Under the pieces are notes generated by a model, which was not told where the DNA came from, did not search any database, and worked only from the letters and a program-made list of their open reading frames with translations. This document shows, one piece after another, positions 37,804 to 47,284 of a DNA stretch of 64,000 nt; position 1 is the stretch's first letter; every line of letters begins with the position of its first letter. The stretch comes from Candidatus Fervidifonticultor sextus (GTDB lineage: Bacteria; Sysuimicrobiota; Sysuimicrobiia; Sysuimicrobiales; Humicultoraceae). The stretch lies in assembly GCA_031459875.1 (NCBI GenBank), contig JAVKHQ010000010.1:1-64000 (forward strand), read 5' to 3'. The translations under genes were made by a program, and so were the position numbers.

Positions 37804-37834
37804 GACCGCATCCCTCCTCTGTGGACCCGCTCCA

Positions 37835-38680
37835 TCAGCGCGCCCGCTGCAGCCCGTCGCCGAGCAGGTTGGCACCGACGACGAGCACGGCGATCGCCAT
37901 GCCGGGGAAGACCGTGTTCCACCAGGCCAGACTCTGCACGGTTCGCCCGTCGCTCACCATGCTGCCCCACGCGGGCACAGGCGGCTGGACCCCCAGCCCG
38001 AGGAAGCTCAGCGCGGCCTCGGCCAGGATCACGTTGGACATGTTCACCGCGCCCACCACCAGCAGCGGCGGGAGGATGGAGGGCAGGACGTGGCGGGACA
38101 GAATGCGCCCCTCGGCCGCCCCCAGGGCCCGGGCGGCCGCGACGAACTCCCGCTCGCGGACCGACAGCGTATTGGCCCGCGCCACCCTCGCGTACTGCAC
38201 CCAGGTGACCAGCGCCAGCACCACGATGAGCTTGACTAGACTCTGCCCGAGGGCGGCCATGATGGCAATGGCGACGAAGACCGGCGGAAAGGAGAGCTGG
38301 ACGTCGATGAGGCGGGAGATGGTCCGGTCCACGCGCCCGCCGAAGTAGCCGGCAGCCAGACCCAGCATCGTCCCCAGTCCGCCGCCCAGGAGCACCGATA
38401 GCAGCGCGACGGCGATGGAGACCCGCGCGCCGACCATCAGGCGCGAGCAGAGGTCGCGGCCCAGCCGGTCGGTGCCCAGCGGGTACGCCCAGTCGCCGCC
38501 CGGTAGCCACGCCGGCGGCTGGAGCGACCGGAGGAGGTCCTGATCGGCATACCCGTGGGGGGCCAGCCACGGGGCCAGCAGGGCGACGGCGGTCATCAGG
38601 GCGAGGATGGCGGCGCCGGCATAGAACTGGGGCGGGCGCCGCCGGCCTGGCCGGGACGCCGGTGCCCACCTAACCGCCAT
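37835..38680 (-). CDS. peptide/nickel ABC permease (DppC-like)
   Basis: LGTDRLGRD, EFVAAARALGA, AEAALSFLGLG. Confidence 0.93.
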   Translation of the reverse strand: MAVRWAPASRPGRRRPPQFYAGAAILALMTAVALLAPWLAPHGYADQDLLRSLQPPAWLPGGDWAYPLGTDRLGRDLCSRLMVGARVSIAVALLSVLLGGGLGTMLGLAAGYFGGRVDRTISRLIDVQLSFPPVFVAIAIMAALGQSLVKLIVVLALVTWVQYARVARANTLSVREREFVAAARALGAAEGRILSRHVLPSILPPLLVVGAVNMSNVILAEAALSFLGLGVQPPVPAWGSMVSDGRTVQSLAWWNTVFPGMAIAVLVVGANLLGDGLQRAR

Positions 38681-39596
38681 GGTCGTACCGGATGCGCGGG
38701 TCGAGGTAGAGGTAGAGCAGGTCCACCGCCAGGTTGATCAGTACGAAGGCCGTGCCCACCACCAGCACCACGGCCCGGACCAGCGGCAGGTCCCGCGTCT
38801 GGATGCCCTGCAGCATGAGCCAGCCGACCCCGGGCCACGCGAACACCGCCTCGACGACGACCGACCCGCCCAGCAGATTCCCCAGCTGCAACCCCAGCAC
38901 CGTGACCGCCGAGATCATCGCGTTGCGCAGCGCGTGGCGCGACAGAACGGCGCGCTCGGCCAGCCCCTTCGCGCGGGCGGTGCGGATATAGTCCTGGCTG
39001 AGGACCTCCAGGACGTCGACGCGCACCAGGCGCGTGAGCAGCCCCGTGGTGTAGACGGCCAGGGTTGCGCAGGGCAGGACCAGGTGCGCCGGCGACTCGA
39101 ACCCGGATGCCGGCAGCCACCGCAGGCGGTCGGCGAAGAGGAGGATCAACAGCACGCCCAGCCAGAACGACGGCAGGCTGATGAACAAAAACGTGGCCAC
39201 CGACACAAGCCAGTCGGCGGCGCTGCCCACGCGCGACCCGATCCACACCCCCACCGGGATGCCCACGGCGACGGTCAGCCCGACCGTGGCCAGGGCCAGC
39301 AGCGCCGTGGTCGGCAGGCGCTGGAGGACCAGCTCGAGGGCGGGCCGCTGGTAGCGGAACGACTCGCCGAGGTCCCCGCGCAGCGCCCGGCGGAGGAAGT
39401 CCCAGTACTGGGCGGGGATCGGCTTGTCCAGGCCGTAGAGCCGCCGGACGCGTTCGACGTCCTCGGGCCTGGCGTCCAGCGGCGTCAGCAGCCGGATCGG
39501 GTCGCCGCTCAGGTGGATCAGCAGGAAGACGAGGATGCTGACCGCCAGCAGCACCCAGACCAGATGCACCAGGCGCTGGACGAGAAACCGGCCCAC
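38670..39596 (-). CDS. peptide/nickel ABC permease (DppB-like)
   Basis: GDLGESF, DYIRTARAKGL, VVEAVFAWPG. Confidence 0.93.
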   Translation of the reverse strand: MGRFLVQRLVHLVWVLLAVSILVFLLIHLSGDPIRLLTPLDARPEDVERVRRLYGLDKPIPAQYWDFLRRALRGDLGESFRYQRPALELVLQRLPTTALLALATVGLTVAVGIPVGVWIGSRVGSAADWLVSVATFLFISLPSFWLGVLLILLFADRLRWLPASGFESPAHLVLPCATLAVYTTGLLTRLVRVDVLEVLSQDYIRTARAKGLAERAVLSRHALRNAMISAVTVLGLQLGNLLGGSVVVEAVFAWPGVGWLMLQGIQTRDLPLVRAVVLVVGTAFVLINLAVDLLYLYLDPRIRYDHGG

Positions 39597-39602
39597 CGGA
39601 GG

Positions 39603-41186
39603 CTAGCCCAGGTGGATGCCTCCCAGCCGGATGATGCCGTCGCTGTGCGCCACCCAGCCCTTCACGCGCTTCTGCATGGCGTAGACGCCCTGCTGGTTCC
39701 ACAGGAACACCCACGGACACTCCCGGTGGATGATCTGGTTGAGCCGCCTGTACATGTCGTTCCGGCGGTTGGCGTCGAGGGTCTTCGGCGCCTCCTGGAT
39801 CAACCGGTTGGCCTCCTCGTTGCTGTAGCCCTGCCAGGCCGCGCCCTTGCGGTCCGAGTCGAAGTTGATGCTGACCGTGGCATCCAGCAACACGCCGACC
39901 TGCTGGAAGAAGAAGGCGTCGTGGGTCTTGCCGAGCACGCCCTGGACGAAGGGGCTCCAGTCCATGACCTGCACACGGGTGCGGACGCCCACGCGGGTCC
40001 ACATGGCGGCGATGGCCTCGCTGGCCAGCCGGTCGTTGAGGTAGCGGCCTTCGGGCGAGACCAGCGTGACGTCGAACCCGTCGCGGTAGCCGGCCTCGGA
40101 GAGCAACTGCCGGGCCCGATCGGGATCGTACGGGTAGGGGCGCAGGCTCTCGTCGTACCCGGGGATGCCCGGACCGAACGCGCTGTTGAGCCGGTAGGCG
40201 GCCCCGCGCATGACGGTCCGGATGAGGGTGTCCACGTCCGTGGCGTAGTTCATCGCCTGCCGGACGCGGACGTCCTGGAAGGCCCGGACCTTGAGGGCGT
40301 TCAGCACCACGATCTGCGACGACAGCTGCCGGAACGCGACCACCTCCACGTTCCTGGTCGCCTCCAGTTCGGGGATCTGGATGGGATCCACCGGGGTGAT
40401 GAGGTGCGCCGCCCCGGTCTTCAGTTCCACCAGGCGGGTGGCCGCCTCCGGCACCGGGCGCCACACCAGCCGCCTCAGTTTGGGCTGGCCGCTGAAGTGC
40501 GGGCGCTCGGCGAAGTCCATCACCATCCGGCCGTTGGGAATCCACTCCACGAACCGGTACGGGCCTGTCCCGATGGCGCGCCTGGTCGGGTCCACCTCGC
40601 CGCCGGTAATGGCCCTGGGCAGGATCTCGCAGTACAGCGACAGCACCTCCGCCAGAAGGGCGAACGGTCCGTCGGTGTGGATGCGGACGGTCAGCGGGTT
40701 CACCACCTCGACGTCTTTGACCGGGCGGAGCTGGCCGGCGTAGACGTTGCGGATCGCGGGGCTCTTGAAGCGGGCGATGGTGTCGCGGACGTGCTCGGCG
40801 CCGAACTTCTCGCCGTTGTGGAAGTAGACGTGGTCCCGCAGCCGGAACTCCCAGGTCGTGTCGTTGAGTACGCGCCAGGAGGTGGCCAGCCAGGGGACCA
40901 GTTTCATGTCGGGCGTACGCTCCAGCAGTTTGTCGTACATGGCCCACATCATGCCCTTGGAAGCCCCCGACGTGGTCACGTGCGGGTCCAGGGACTCGGC
41001 GTCGACGCCCTGGACGATCAGCAGGTTCCCCACCGGCTGCGGCGGGCCGGCGGGCGCGGCCCACCCGGGATGGCCGAGCCGGTCCACCGCCAGGCCGGTC
41101 CCGGCCAGGGCGGCCGTGTATGCCAGGAACTCCCGCCGGGTGACGCGGCGGTCGTCATGGTCGTCATCGTGCGTCATGACCTTCAT
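39603..41186 (-). CDS. peptide/nickel ABC substrate-binding protein (family 5) with Tat signal
   Basis: TRREFL twin-arginine, SLDPH, PWLATSW, FHNGEKF, IGTGPY, DVRVRQAMNYA. Confidence 0.93.
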   Translation of the reverse strand: MKVMTHDDDHDDRRVTRREFLAYTAALAGTGLAVDRLGHPGWAAPAGPPQPVGNLLIVQGVDAESLDPHVTTSGASKGMMWAMYDKLLERTPDMKLVPWLATSWRVLNDTTWEFRLRDHVYFHNGEKFGAEHVRDTIARFKSPAIRNVYAGQLRPVKDVEVVNPLTVRIHTDGPFALLAEVLSLYCEILPRAITGGEVDPTRRAIGTGPYRFVEWIPNGRMVMDFAERPHFSGQPKLRRLVWRPVPEAATRLVELKTGAAHLITPVDPIQIPELEATRNVEVVAFRQLSSQIVVLNALKVRAFQDVRVRQAMNYATDVDTLIRTVMRGAAYRLNSAFGPGIPGYDESLRPYPYDPDRARQLLSEAGYRDGFDVTLVSPEGRYLNDRLASEAIAAMWTRVGVRTRVQVMDWSPFVQGVLGKTHDAFFFQQVGVLLDATVSINFDSDRKGAAWQGYSNEEANRLIQEAPKTLDANRRNDMYRRLNQIIHRECPWVFLWNQQGVYAMQKRVKGWVAHSDGIIRLGGIHLG

Positions 41187-41911
41187 CCCTCCCGATGCGT
41201 GGTGTCCCCCGTCGCTCTCGGAACGAACTGGAAGTCGCAGTGGGCGTCCCCCAGGCCGATGGCGGTCGGCCGCAGCAGCCGGTGCGTGGGGTGGCCGTCC
41301 ATGAACCGCTCGTCGGTCTCGCAGAAGAACGGGATCAGTTCGGGCACCCCGGCCCGTTCCATCGCCAGGCACCAGTTGCAGCCCGTAACCTGGAACCGGA
41401 CGTAGTCAGGCGTGTACGCCAGCAGCCTGCCCTCGCACGAGAAAAACCGCATCGCGGCTTCGAACTGCCGCTGGACCTCGTCGGGGTCGGCGGCGAACCC
41501 CGGAGGCGGCGGGCTGGTCAGGCTCAACCCCTGCACCGCCCGGGGCGCGCCGCCGGAGGCCACCCGTCGAGCGGCCGCGTCGTGGGCGTGGCCCACGAGG
41601 CCGGAGTGCACGATCGCCCGCCGGGCGACGGCCAGGGCCACCTCGCGGCCCGCCCGCGCCAGGACCGCCCGGTAGAGGTCGGCGAAGGGGCGGAGTTCCG
41701 CGAAGAGGGCGTCGAGGTCCCGCGGGCCGGCCGGCAGCAGGTCCGGCAGGTCGCCGATGCCGGTCTCCCGGAGGATGACCTCGGCTTCGGCCTCACCCAG
41801 GGCCTCAGTCACGGCCAGACGGCACACCTGCTTCTGCACGCGGTTCGGCCGCAAGGTCCCCCCCATGTGGCAGTCGGAATTCGCTGCCGGGCGCGGCGAC
41901 CCCTGGCGCAA
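41183..41911 (-). CDS. L-2-amino-thiazoline-4-carboxylic acid (ATC) hydrolase family protein; start uncertain
   Basis: C-terminal FQVTGCNW...GVPEL..FFCETD...LLRPTAIGLGDAHCDFQF. Confidence 0.75.
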   Translation of the reverse strand: MRQGSPRPAANSDCHMGGTLRPNRVQKQVCRLAVTEALGEAEAEVILRETGIGDLPDLLPAGPRDLDALFAELRPFADLYRAVLARAGREVALAVARRAIVHSGLVGHAHDAAARRVASGGAPRAVQGLSLTSPPPPGFAADPDEVQRQFEAAMRFFSCEGRLLAYTPDYVRFQVTGCNWCLAMERAGVPELIPFFCETDERFMDGHPTHRLLRPTAIGLGDAHCDFQFVPRATGDTTHREG

Positions 41912-41975
41912 TGGACGCCCGCAGGCGCAAACCCGCCGTTAGACCCGCCGACCGCTCTGTGGTAGAACTGAACCG

Positions 41976-42989
41976 ATGAACGCTGGGCCGCTGCGCTTCG
42001 GACTGCGGTTCAACAGCGGGTCCGGGACCATCCGCGAGGTCGTCCGATGGGCCCAGCTCGCGGAAGAGGCGGGCTTCGACGACCTCTGGTACTGCCAGGA
42101 CCTCATGCAGCGGGATGCCTGGGTGGTCCTCACCGCCGTTGCCTCTGCCACCCGCCGCATTCGGATCGGCACGTGCATCGTCAACCCGTTCTCGGCCAGC
42201 CCCGCCGAGATCGCCATGCGCGCGGCCAGCCTCCAGGAGTACAGCGAAGGCCGGTTCGTGTTGGGGATCGGTCCCGGGGATCCCCCTTACCTGGCCTGGG
42301 CCGGCCTGGCACAGCGCCGGCCGCTGACCGGGCTGCGGGAGGCGGTGCGGCTGCTGCGGGCGCTGCTGCGGGGCGAGGATGCCCCGTTCAACGGGGACGT
42401 CTTCAAGGGGTGGACTCCCGGCGCGCGGTTGAGATTCCCCCTGCCCTCGCGTCCGATCCCCATCTACATCGGCGGCCAGGGGCCGAAGGTGAGCGAGTTC
42501 ATGGGGGAGGCTGGAGACGGCGCGCTGCCCATCGCGTTCCCTCCTGAGACGATCGACGCGGCGGTCGGGCGGATCCGCGCCGGCGCCGCGCGCGCGGGCC
42601 GGTCGCTGGACGGGTTCGACCTGGCGGCCTGTGTCTGGTGGTCGGTGGACGAGACCCACGAGGCCGCCGAGGAGGCGCTGCGCCCGCTGATCGCCTACTA
42701 CGGCCCGTCGCTGCGCGCAGAAACGCTGGCCCCCATCGGCCTGACCCCGCAGGATTTCGACGAGGTGCGCGCGGCCTGGGAGGCGGGCGACCTCCCCCGG
42801 GCCGCAGACCTGGTCCGGCCTCCCATGTTCCGGCTGGCCGTCACCGGCACGCCGGAGGAGGTCGCCGGCCGTGTGCGCTGGCTGCAGGCGCGGGGGGCCA
42901 CGCAGGTCAGCATCGGCCCGCCGCTCGGCCCCGACAGGGAACGGGCGCTGCGCCTGACGGCCGAGCGCGTCATCGCCCGGTTCCGGTAA
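41976..42989 (+). CDS. LLM-class flavin-dependent oxidoreductase (Mer-like)
   Basis: AEEAGFDDLW, TRRIRIGTCIVNP, SEGRFVLGIGPG, IPIYIGGQGPK. Confidence 0.9.
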   Translation: MNAGPLRFGLRFNSGSGTIREVVRWAQLAEEAGFDDLWYCQDLMQRDAWVVLTAVASATRRIRIGTCIVNPFSASPAEIAMRAASLQEYSEGRFVLGIGPGDPPYLAWAGLAQRRPLTGLREAVRLLRALLRGEDAPFNGDVFKGWTPGARLRFPLPSRPIPIYIGGQGPKVSEFMGEAGDGALPIAFPPETIDAAVGRIRAGAARAGRSLDGFDLAACVWWSVDETHEAAEEALRPLIAYYGPSLRAETLAPIGLTPQDFDEVRAAWEAGDLPRAADLVRPPMFRLAVTGTPEEVAGRVRWLQARGATQVSIGPPLGPDRERALRLTAERVIARFR

Positions 42990-43253
42990 CCGCCCGGCGG
43001 CCTACGCGAGTTCCATGCCTTCGTGGGCGACTTCCAGGGTCTCGTCGTCGAACAGCACGTCGAGGATCACCTCGGGGCCGGCGGCCCTGCCGCCGCTCTT
43101 CCGGCCATGAACTGGCGGATCGAGTGGAGCATCGCCCAGAGGCTTTCGGTGGAGGCGGGGGCTTCCCTCTCGACGGTCGTCGGGTGTTCCGGAACCATCC
43201 GGCACCGGATGCTATACTGATGAACGTCAGGTCGGTCTCCGGAGGCTGGTCCC

Positions 43254-44147
43254 ATGCGGCTCGGCGTCGTCTTCCCTCAGACCGAGATCGGGATCGACCC
43301 GCATGTCATCCGTGACTTCGCCCAGGCCGTCGAGGGCCTCGGCTACGACCACCTGCTGATCTACGATCACGTCCTGGGGGCCGAGGTGACGAACCGCCCC
43401 GGTTGGATAGGGTACGACCTCAAGGACCCCTTCCACGAACCGCTCGTCCTCTACGGCTACCTCGCCGCCTGCACGCGCCGGATCGAACTGGCCACCGGCA
43501 TCCTCATCCTTCCGCAGCGCCAGACCGCGCTGGTCGCCAAGCAGGCCGCCGAGGTGGACCTCCTCTCCGGCGGCCGACTGCGGCTGGGCGTCGGCCTGGG
43601 GTGGAATACCGTGGAGTACGAGGCCCTGGGGATGGACTTCCACACGCGCGGCGCGCGGATGGCCGAGCAGGTGAAGGTGCTGCGGGCGCTGTGGACTCGG
43701 GAGTCGGTGACATTCCGCGGACGGTGGCACACCATCGTCGAGGCGGGCATCAACCCAAGACCGGTCCAACGGCCGATCCCCCTCTGGATGGGCGGGCAGT
43801 CCGAGGCCGCCCTGCGGCGCGCAGGGCGCCTGGCCGACGGGTGGATGCCGGGAGGGACGCTGGTCAGCCCCACCTCCCGCATGCCTGCCGCGTCCCCGCA
43901 GGACCTCGTCGCGCGGCTGCGCCGCTATGCCCGAGATGCCGGACGGGATCCGGCCGGCGTGGGCATCGAGGCGCGCATCTCCATGGATCAGGGCGGGCCG
44001 GACGACTGGCGACGCCTGGCCGACGAGTGGCGGGCCCTGGGAGCCACGCACCTGAGCGTGGCCACCATGCGGGGGGGCTTCAAGACGCCGGACGCCCACA
44101 TTGAAGCGGTCAGGCGGTTCCGCGAGGCGGTGCGACAGGCGGGTTGA
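43254..44147 (+). CDS. LLM-class (putative F420-dependent) oxidoreductase
   Basis: MRLGVVFPQTE, YDHVLG, FHEPLVL, ILPQRQTALVAKQAAEVDLLSGGRLRLGVG.GWN. Confidence 0.9.
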   Translation: MRLGVVFPQTEIGIDPHVIRDFAQAVEGLGYDHLLIYDHVLGAEVTNRPGWIGYDLKDPFHEPLVLYGYLAACTRRIELATGILILPQRQTALVAKQAAEVDLLSGGRLRLGVGLGWNTVEYEALGMDFHTRGARMAEQVKVLRALWTRESVTFRGRWHTIVEAGINPRPVQRPIPLWMGGQSEAALRRAGRLADGWMPGGTLVSPTSRMPAASPQDLVARLRRYARDAGRDPAGVGIEARISMDQGGPDDWRRLADEWRALGATHLSVATMRGGFKTPDAHIEAVRRFREAVRQAG

Positions 44148-44151
44148 CGCC

Positions 44152-47100
44152 GTGGCGTCACAAGACAGGACCATTGCCAGCAGGACGCCGGGCGGCCTGC
44201 CGACGGGCACGGTCAGCTTTCTCTTTACGGACATCGAGGGCTCGACCGACCTCCTCCAGCGCGTGGGCGACGAGGCCTATCGCGACATCCTGGAGCAGCA
44301 CCACCGGTTGATGCGCGGCGCCTTCGAGCCGGTCGGTGGTGTCGAGGTGGACACTCAGGGCGACGCCTTCTTCGTCGCGTTCGCAAGCGCGCCCGCCTCG
44401 ATTGCAGCCGCGGTCGCCGCGCAGTCGGCCTTCGCGGCGCACGGGTGGCCCGACGGGGTCACCGTCCGCGTCCGCATGGGCCTCCACACCGGCGAGCCCA
44501 CGCTGGGGCCCGGCGGCTATGTCGGCATCGACGTCCACCGCGCCGCGCGGATCTGCGCGGCGGGCTACGGAGGCCAGATCCTGATCTCCGAGCGCACGCA
44601 CTCCGCGGTGCAGGAGGCCCTCCCCGAGGGCATCACGCTGCGCGACCTGGGCGAGCACCGGCTCAAGGACCTGGCCCGGCCCGAGCATATCTTCCAGGCC
44701 GTCATCCCCGGGCTGCCCGCCGACTTCCCGCCGCTCAAGTCGCTGGACGTCAGGACGACCAACCTGCCGTCGCGGCACCTCACCAGCTTCATCGGACGCG
44801 AACGGGAGACCGCCGAGATCAAGCGGCTGCTGGGGGAGGCGCATCTGGTCACGCTGATGGGGCCCGGCGGATCGGGGAAGACCCGGCTGGCCCTCCAGGT
44901 GGCGGCCGACCTGCTCGAGGCGTTCCCCAGGGGCGCCTGGCTGGTGGAACTTGCGCCGATTGCGGACCCCGGGCTCGTGCCCCAGACCGTGGCGTCCGTC
45001 TTCGGCGTGCGGGAGGGCCCCGGCCGGCCGCTGCTGGACGCGCTGGTGGACTACCTGCGCCCGCGGGACCTCCTGCTCGTGCTGGACAACTGCGAGCACC
45101 TCGTCGAGGCCGCGGCATCCCTGGCGGGGACGCTGCTGCGCGGCTGCCAGATGCTGCGGATCCTGGCGACCAGCCGGGAGGCCCTGGCGGTGCCCGGTGA
45201 GGTCACATACCGCGTCCCCCCGCTGGGGGTTCCCGACCCGCGCCGGGGTGCCACGGTCGAGCAGGTGATGCAGTCGGCCGCGGCTCGGCTCTTCATCGAG
45301 CGGGCGGTGCTGAGCAACCCGGCGTTCGCCGTCGACGAGACCAACGCGGGGGCCATCGCCCAGGTGGTCCAACGGCTGGACGGGATCCCGCTGGCCATCG
45401 AACTGGCGGCGGCGCGCGTGAGGGTGCTCCCGGTGGGTCAGATCGCCCGGCGGCTCGACGACCGGTTCCGCCTGCTGACCGGCGGCGGCCGCGGCGGGCT
45501 GGCCCACCACCAAACGCTGCGGGCGGCGGTGGACTGGAGCTACGACCTGCTCTCGCCGGAGGAGCGGGCGCTCTTCAGGCGGCTGTCGGTGTTCGCCGGC
45601 GGCTTCACCCTTGAGGCTGCGGAAGCGGTGTGCACGGGTGAGGGGGGTGATAGCTCCGACGTCCTCGACTTCCTGACGCGCCTGGTGGACAAGTCGCTGG
45701 TCGGCACCGAGAGCATCGCCGGCGATCTCCGCTACCGGATGCTGGAGACGATCCGCCAGTACAGCCGCGAGCGGTTGGCCGAGGCGGACGAGGCGGACGC
45801 GATCCGGCAGCGACACCTGACCTGGTACCTCGCCGCAGCCGAACAGGCGGGACCCGCGCTCCGGGGGCCCGACCAGCTCCTCTGGCTGGAGCGGCTGGAA
45901 CTGGAACACGACAACTTCCGGGCGGCGCTCGAATGGGCGAAGAAAAACGACGCCGGAGGCGTCGAGGCCGGGCTGCAGCTGGCGGGGGCGCTGCACCGAT
46001 TCTGGGTGCTCCGGGGCTATCTGCGCGAAGGCCGGGAGTGGCTGGAAGCGTTCCTGTCCGAGGCCGCCGAGGGCCCGACGCCCGCGCGCGCCAGAGCGGC
46101 CTATGGGGCGGCGGTGCTGGCGTTCCACCAGGGAGACTACGCGCGGGCCGAGGCACGGAGCACGGAGAGCCTGGCGGCCTACCGGAAACTCGGGCACGCC
46201 GAGGGCACCGCGCTGTCGCTCAACACCCTGGGGATCGCGGCCAGGAACCGCGGCGACTACGTGCAGGCGCGGTCGCTGCTGGAACAGAGCGCGGCCATCA
46301 GCCGGACCGCCGGGCACCGCTGGGCGCTGGCCGAAGCCCTCAACATCCTGGGGGTGACGGCGAGGCGGCAGGGCGATCTTGCCGCGGCGACAGCGCTGGT
46401 CGAGGAGAGCCTCGCGCTCTGGCGGCAACTGGGGGACCGGTGGGGGCTCGCGGCGTCCCTCGGCCACCTGGGAGTTGTGGCGCGTCAGCGGGGTGACTAC
46501 GAACGGTCCAGGGCACTCCACGAAGAGAGCCTGGCGCTGCGGCGGGAACTGGGCGACAGACGGAATATCGCGGCAGCGCTGATGAGCCTCGGCATTGTGG
46601 CACGACACCTCGGGGACTACCAGCAAGCCGGGGCGATACTGGAAGAGAGCCTGACCCTCTCAAGAGAACTCGGCGACAAGATGAGTGTCGCCGCCAGCCT
46701 GTGCAGCCTGGGGTTGGTCGCCCATCGACGGGGTGAGGACGAGCGCGCGGCGGCGTTGCTGGAGGAGAGCCTGGCGCTGTCGAGGGCGCTGGGAGACAGG
46801 GTGAACCACGCGGCGGCGTTGTGCAACCTCGGATTCGTGGCGGCGCACCAGGGCGACTACGCGCGGGCCGGGGCGCTCCACCGGGAGAGCCTGAACCTCT
46901 ACCGGTCCCTCGGAGACTGGTCAGCGATCGCCGACTGCCTGACCGGCCTCGCCGACGTGAGCGCGGCCGAAGGGCAGGCCGACCGGGCGGCACGCTTTCT
47001 GGGAGCCACGGACGCGCTGCGTCGCGCGCGTGGCGTCCCGCTGCCGCCGGCGGACCGGGTGCTCTATGAACGGGCCGTGGCATCGGCTCGGACGCTGCTC

Positions 47101-47187
47101 GGCGAGGAGGCCTTTGCGGCGGCATGGGCCTCCGGACAGACGATGTCGACCGACGAGGCCATCCGCGAAGCCCTCACCTCCCGCTGA
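44152..47187 (+). CDS. class III nucleotide cyclase + STAND NTPase + TPR protein
   Basis: FLFTDIEGST, TQGDAFF, RMGLHTGE; GPGGSGKTRLA, LVLDNCEH, LDGIPLAIELAAAR; C-terminal 40-aa repeats. Confidence 0.93.
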   Translation: MASQDRTIASRTPGGLPTGTVSFLFTDIEGSTDLLQRVGDEAYRDILEQHHRLMRGAFEPVGGVEVDTQGDAFFVAFASAPASIAAAVAAQSAFAAHGWPDGVTVRVRMGLHTGEPTLGPGGYVGIDVHRAARICAAGYGGQILISERTHSAVQEALPEGITLRDLGEHRLKDLARPEHIFQAVIPGLPADFPPLKSLDVRTTNLPSRHLTSFIGRERETAEIKRLLGEAHLVTLMGPGGSGKTRLALQVAADLLEAFPRGAWLVELAPIADPGLVPQTVASVFGVREGPGRPLLDALVDYLRPRDLLLVLDNCEHLVEAAASLAGTLLRGCQMLRILATSREALAVPGEVTYRVPPLGVPDPRRGATVEQVMQSAAARLFIERAVLSNPAFAVDETNAGAIAQVVQRLDGIPLAIELAAARVRVLPVGQIARRLDDRFRLLTGGGRGGLAHHQTLRAAVDWSYDLLSPEERALFRRLSVFAGGFTLEAAEAVCTGEGGDSSDVLDFLTRLVDKSLVGTESIAGDLRYRMLETIRQYSRERLAEADEADAIRQRHLTWYLAAAEQAGPALRGPDQLLWLERLELEHDNFRAALEWAKKNDAGGVEAGLQLAGALHRFWVLRGYLREGREWLEAFLSEAAEGPTPARARAAYGAAVLAFHQGDYARAEARSTESLAAYRKLGHAEGTALSLNTLGIAARNRGDYVQARSLLEQSAAISRTAGHRWALAEALNILGVTARRQGDLAAATALVEESLALWRQLGDRWGLAASLGHLGVVARQRGDYERSRALHEESLALRRELGDRRNIAAALMSLGIVARHLGDYQQAGAILEESLTLSRELGDKMSVAASLCSLGLVAHRRGEDERAAALLEESLALSRALGDRVNHAAALCNLGFVAAHQGDYARAGALHRESLNLYRSLGDWSAIADCLTGLADVSAAEGQADRAARFLGATDALRRARGVPLPPADRVLYERAVASARTLLGEEAFAAAWASGQTMSTDEAIREALTSR
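46132..46971 (+). repeat. seven 120-bp (40-aa) TPR-like coding repeats
   Basis: units starting GDY/GDL/GED..A..L.EESL.L.R.LGD......L..LG at a 40-aa period. Confidence 0.85.
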
Positions 47188-47284
47188 AGGAATCCCCCAC
47201 CGGACGGGGAATTGGCGGTCACATCCCTGGGGATGCGGCCGGACCATGCCGGCTCCGGCAACGAGGGAAGGGGGTTGCCCTCCG

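Noticed and set aside
43002..43205. Short ORFs between the two LLM genes
   Set aside because: Only a frameshifted coding-like tail (...EVILDVLFDDETLEVAHEGMELA*) is plausible, too little to assign a gene or family.
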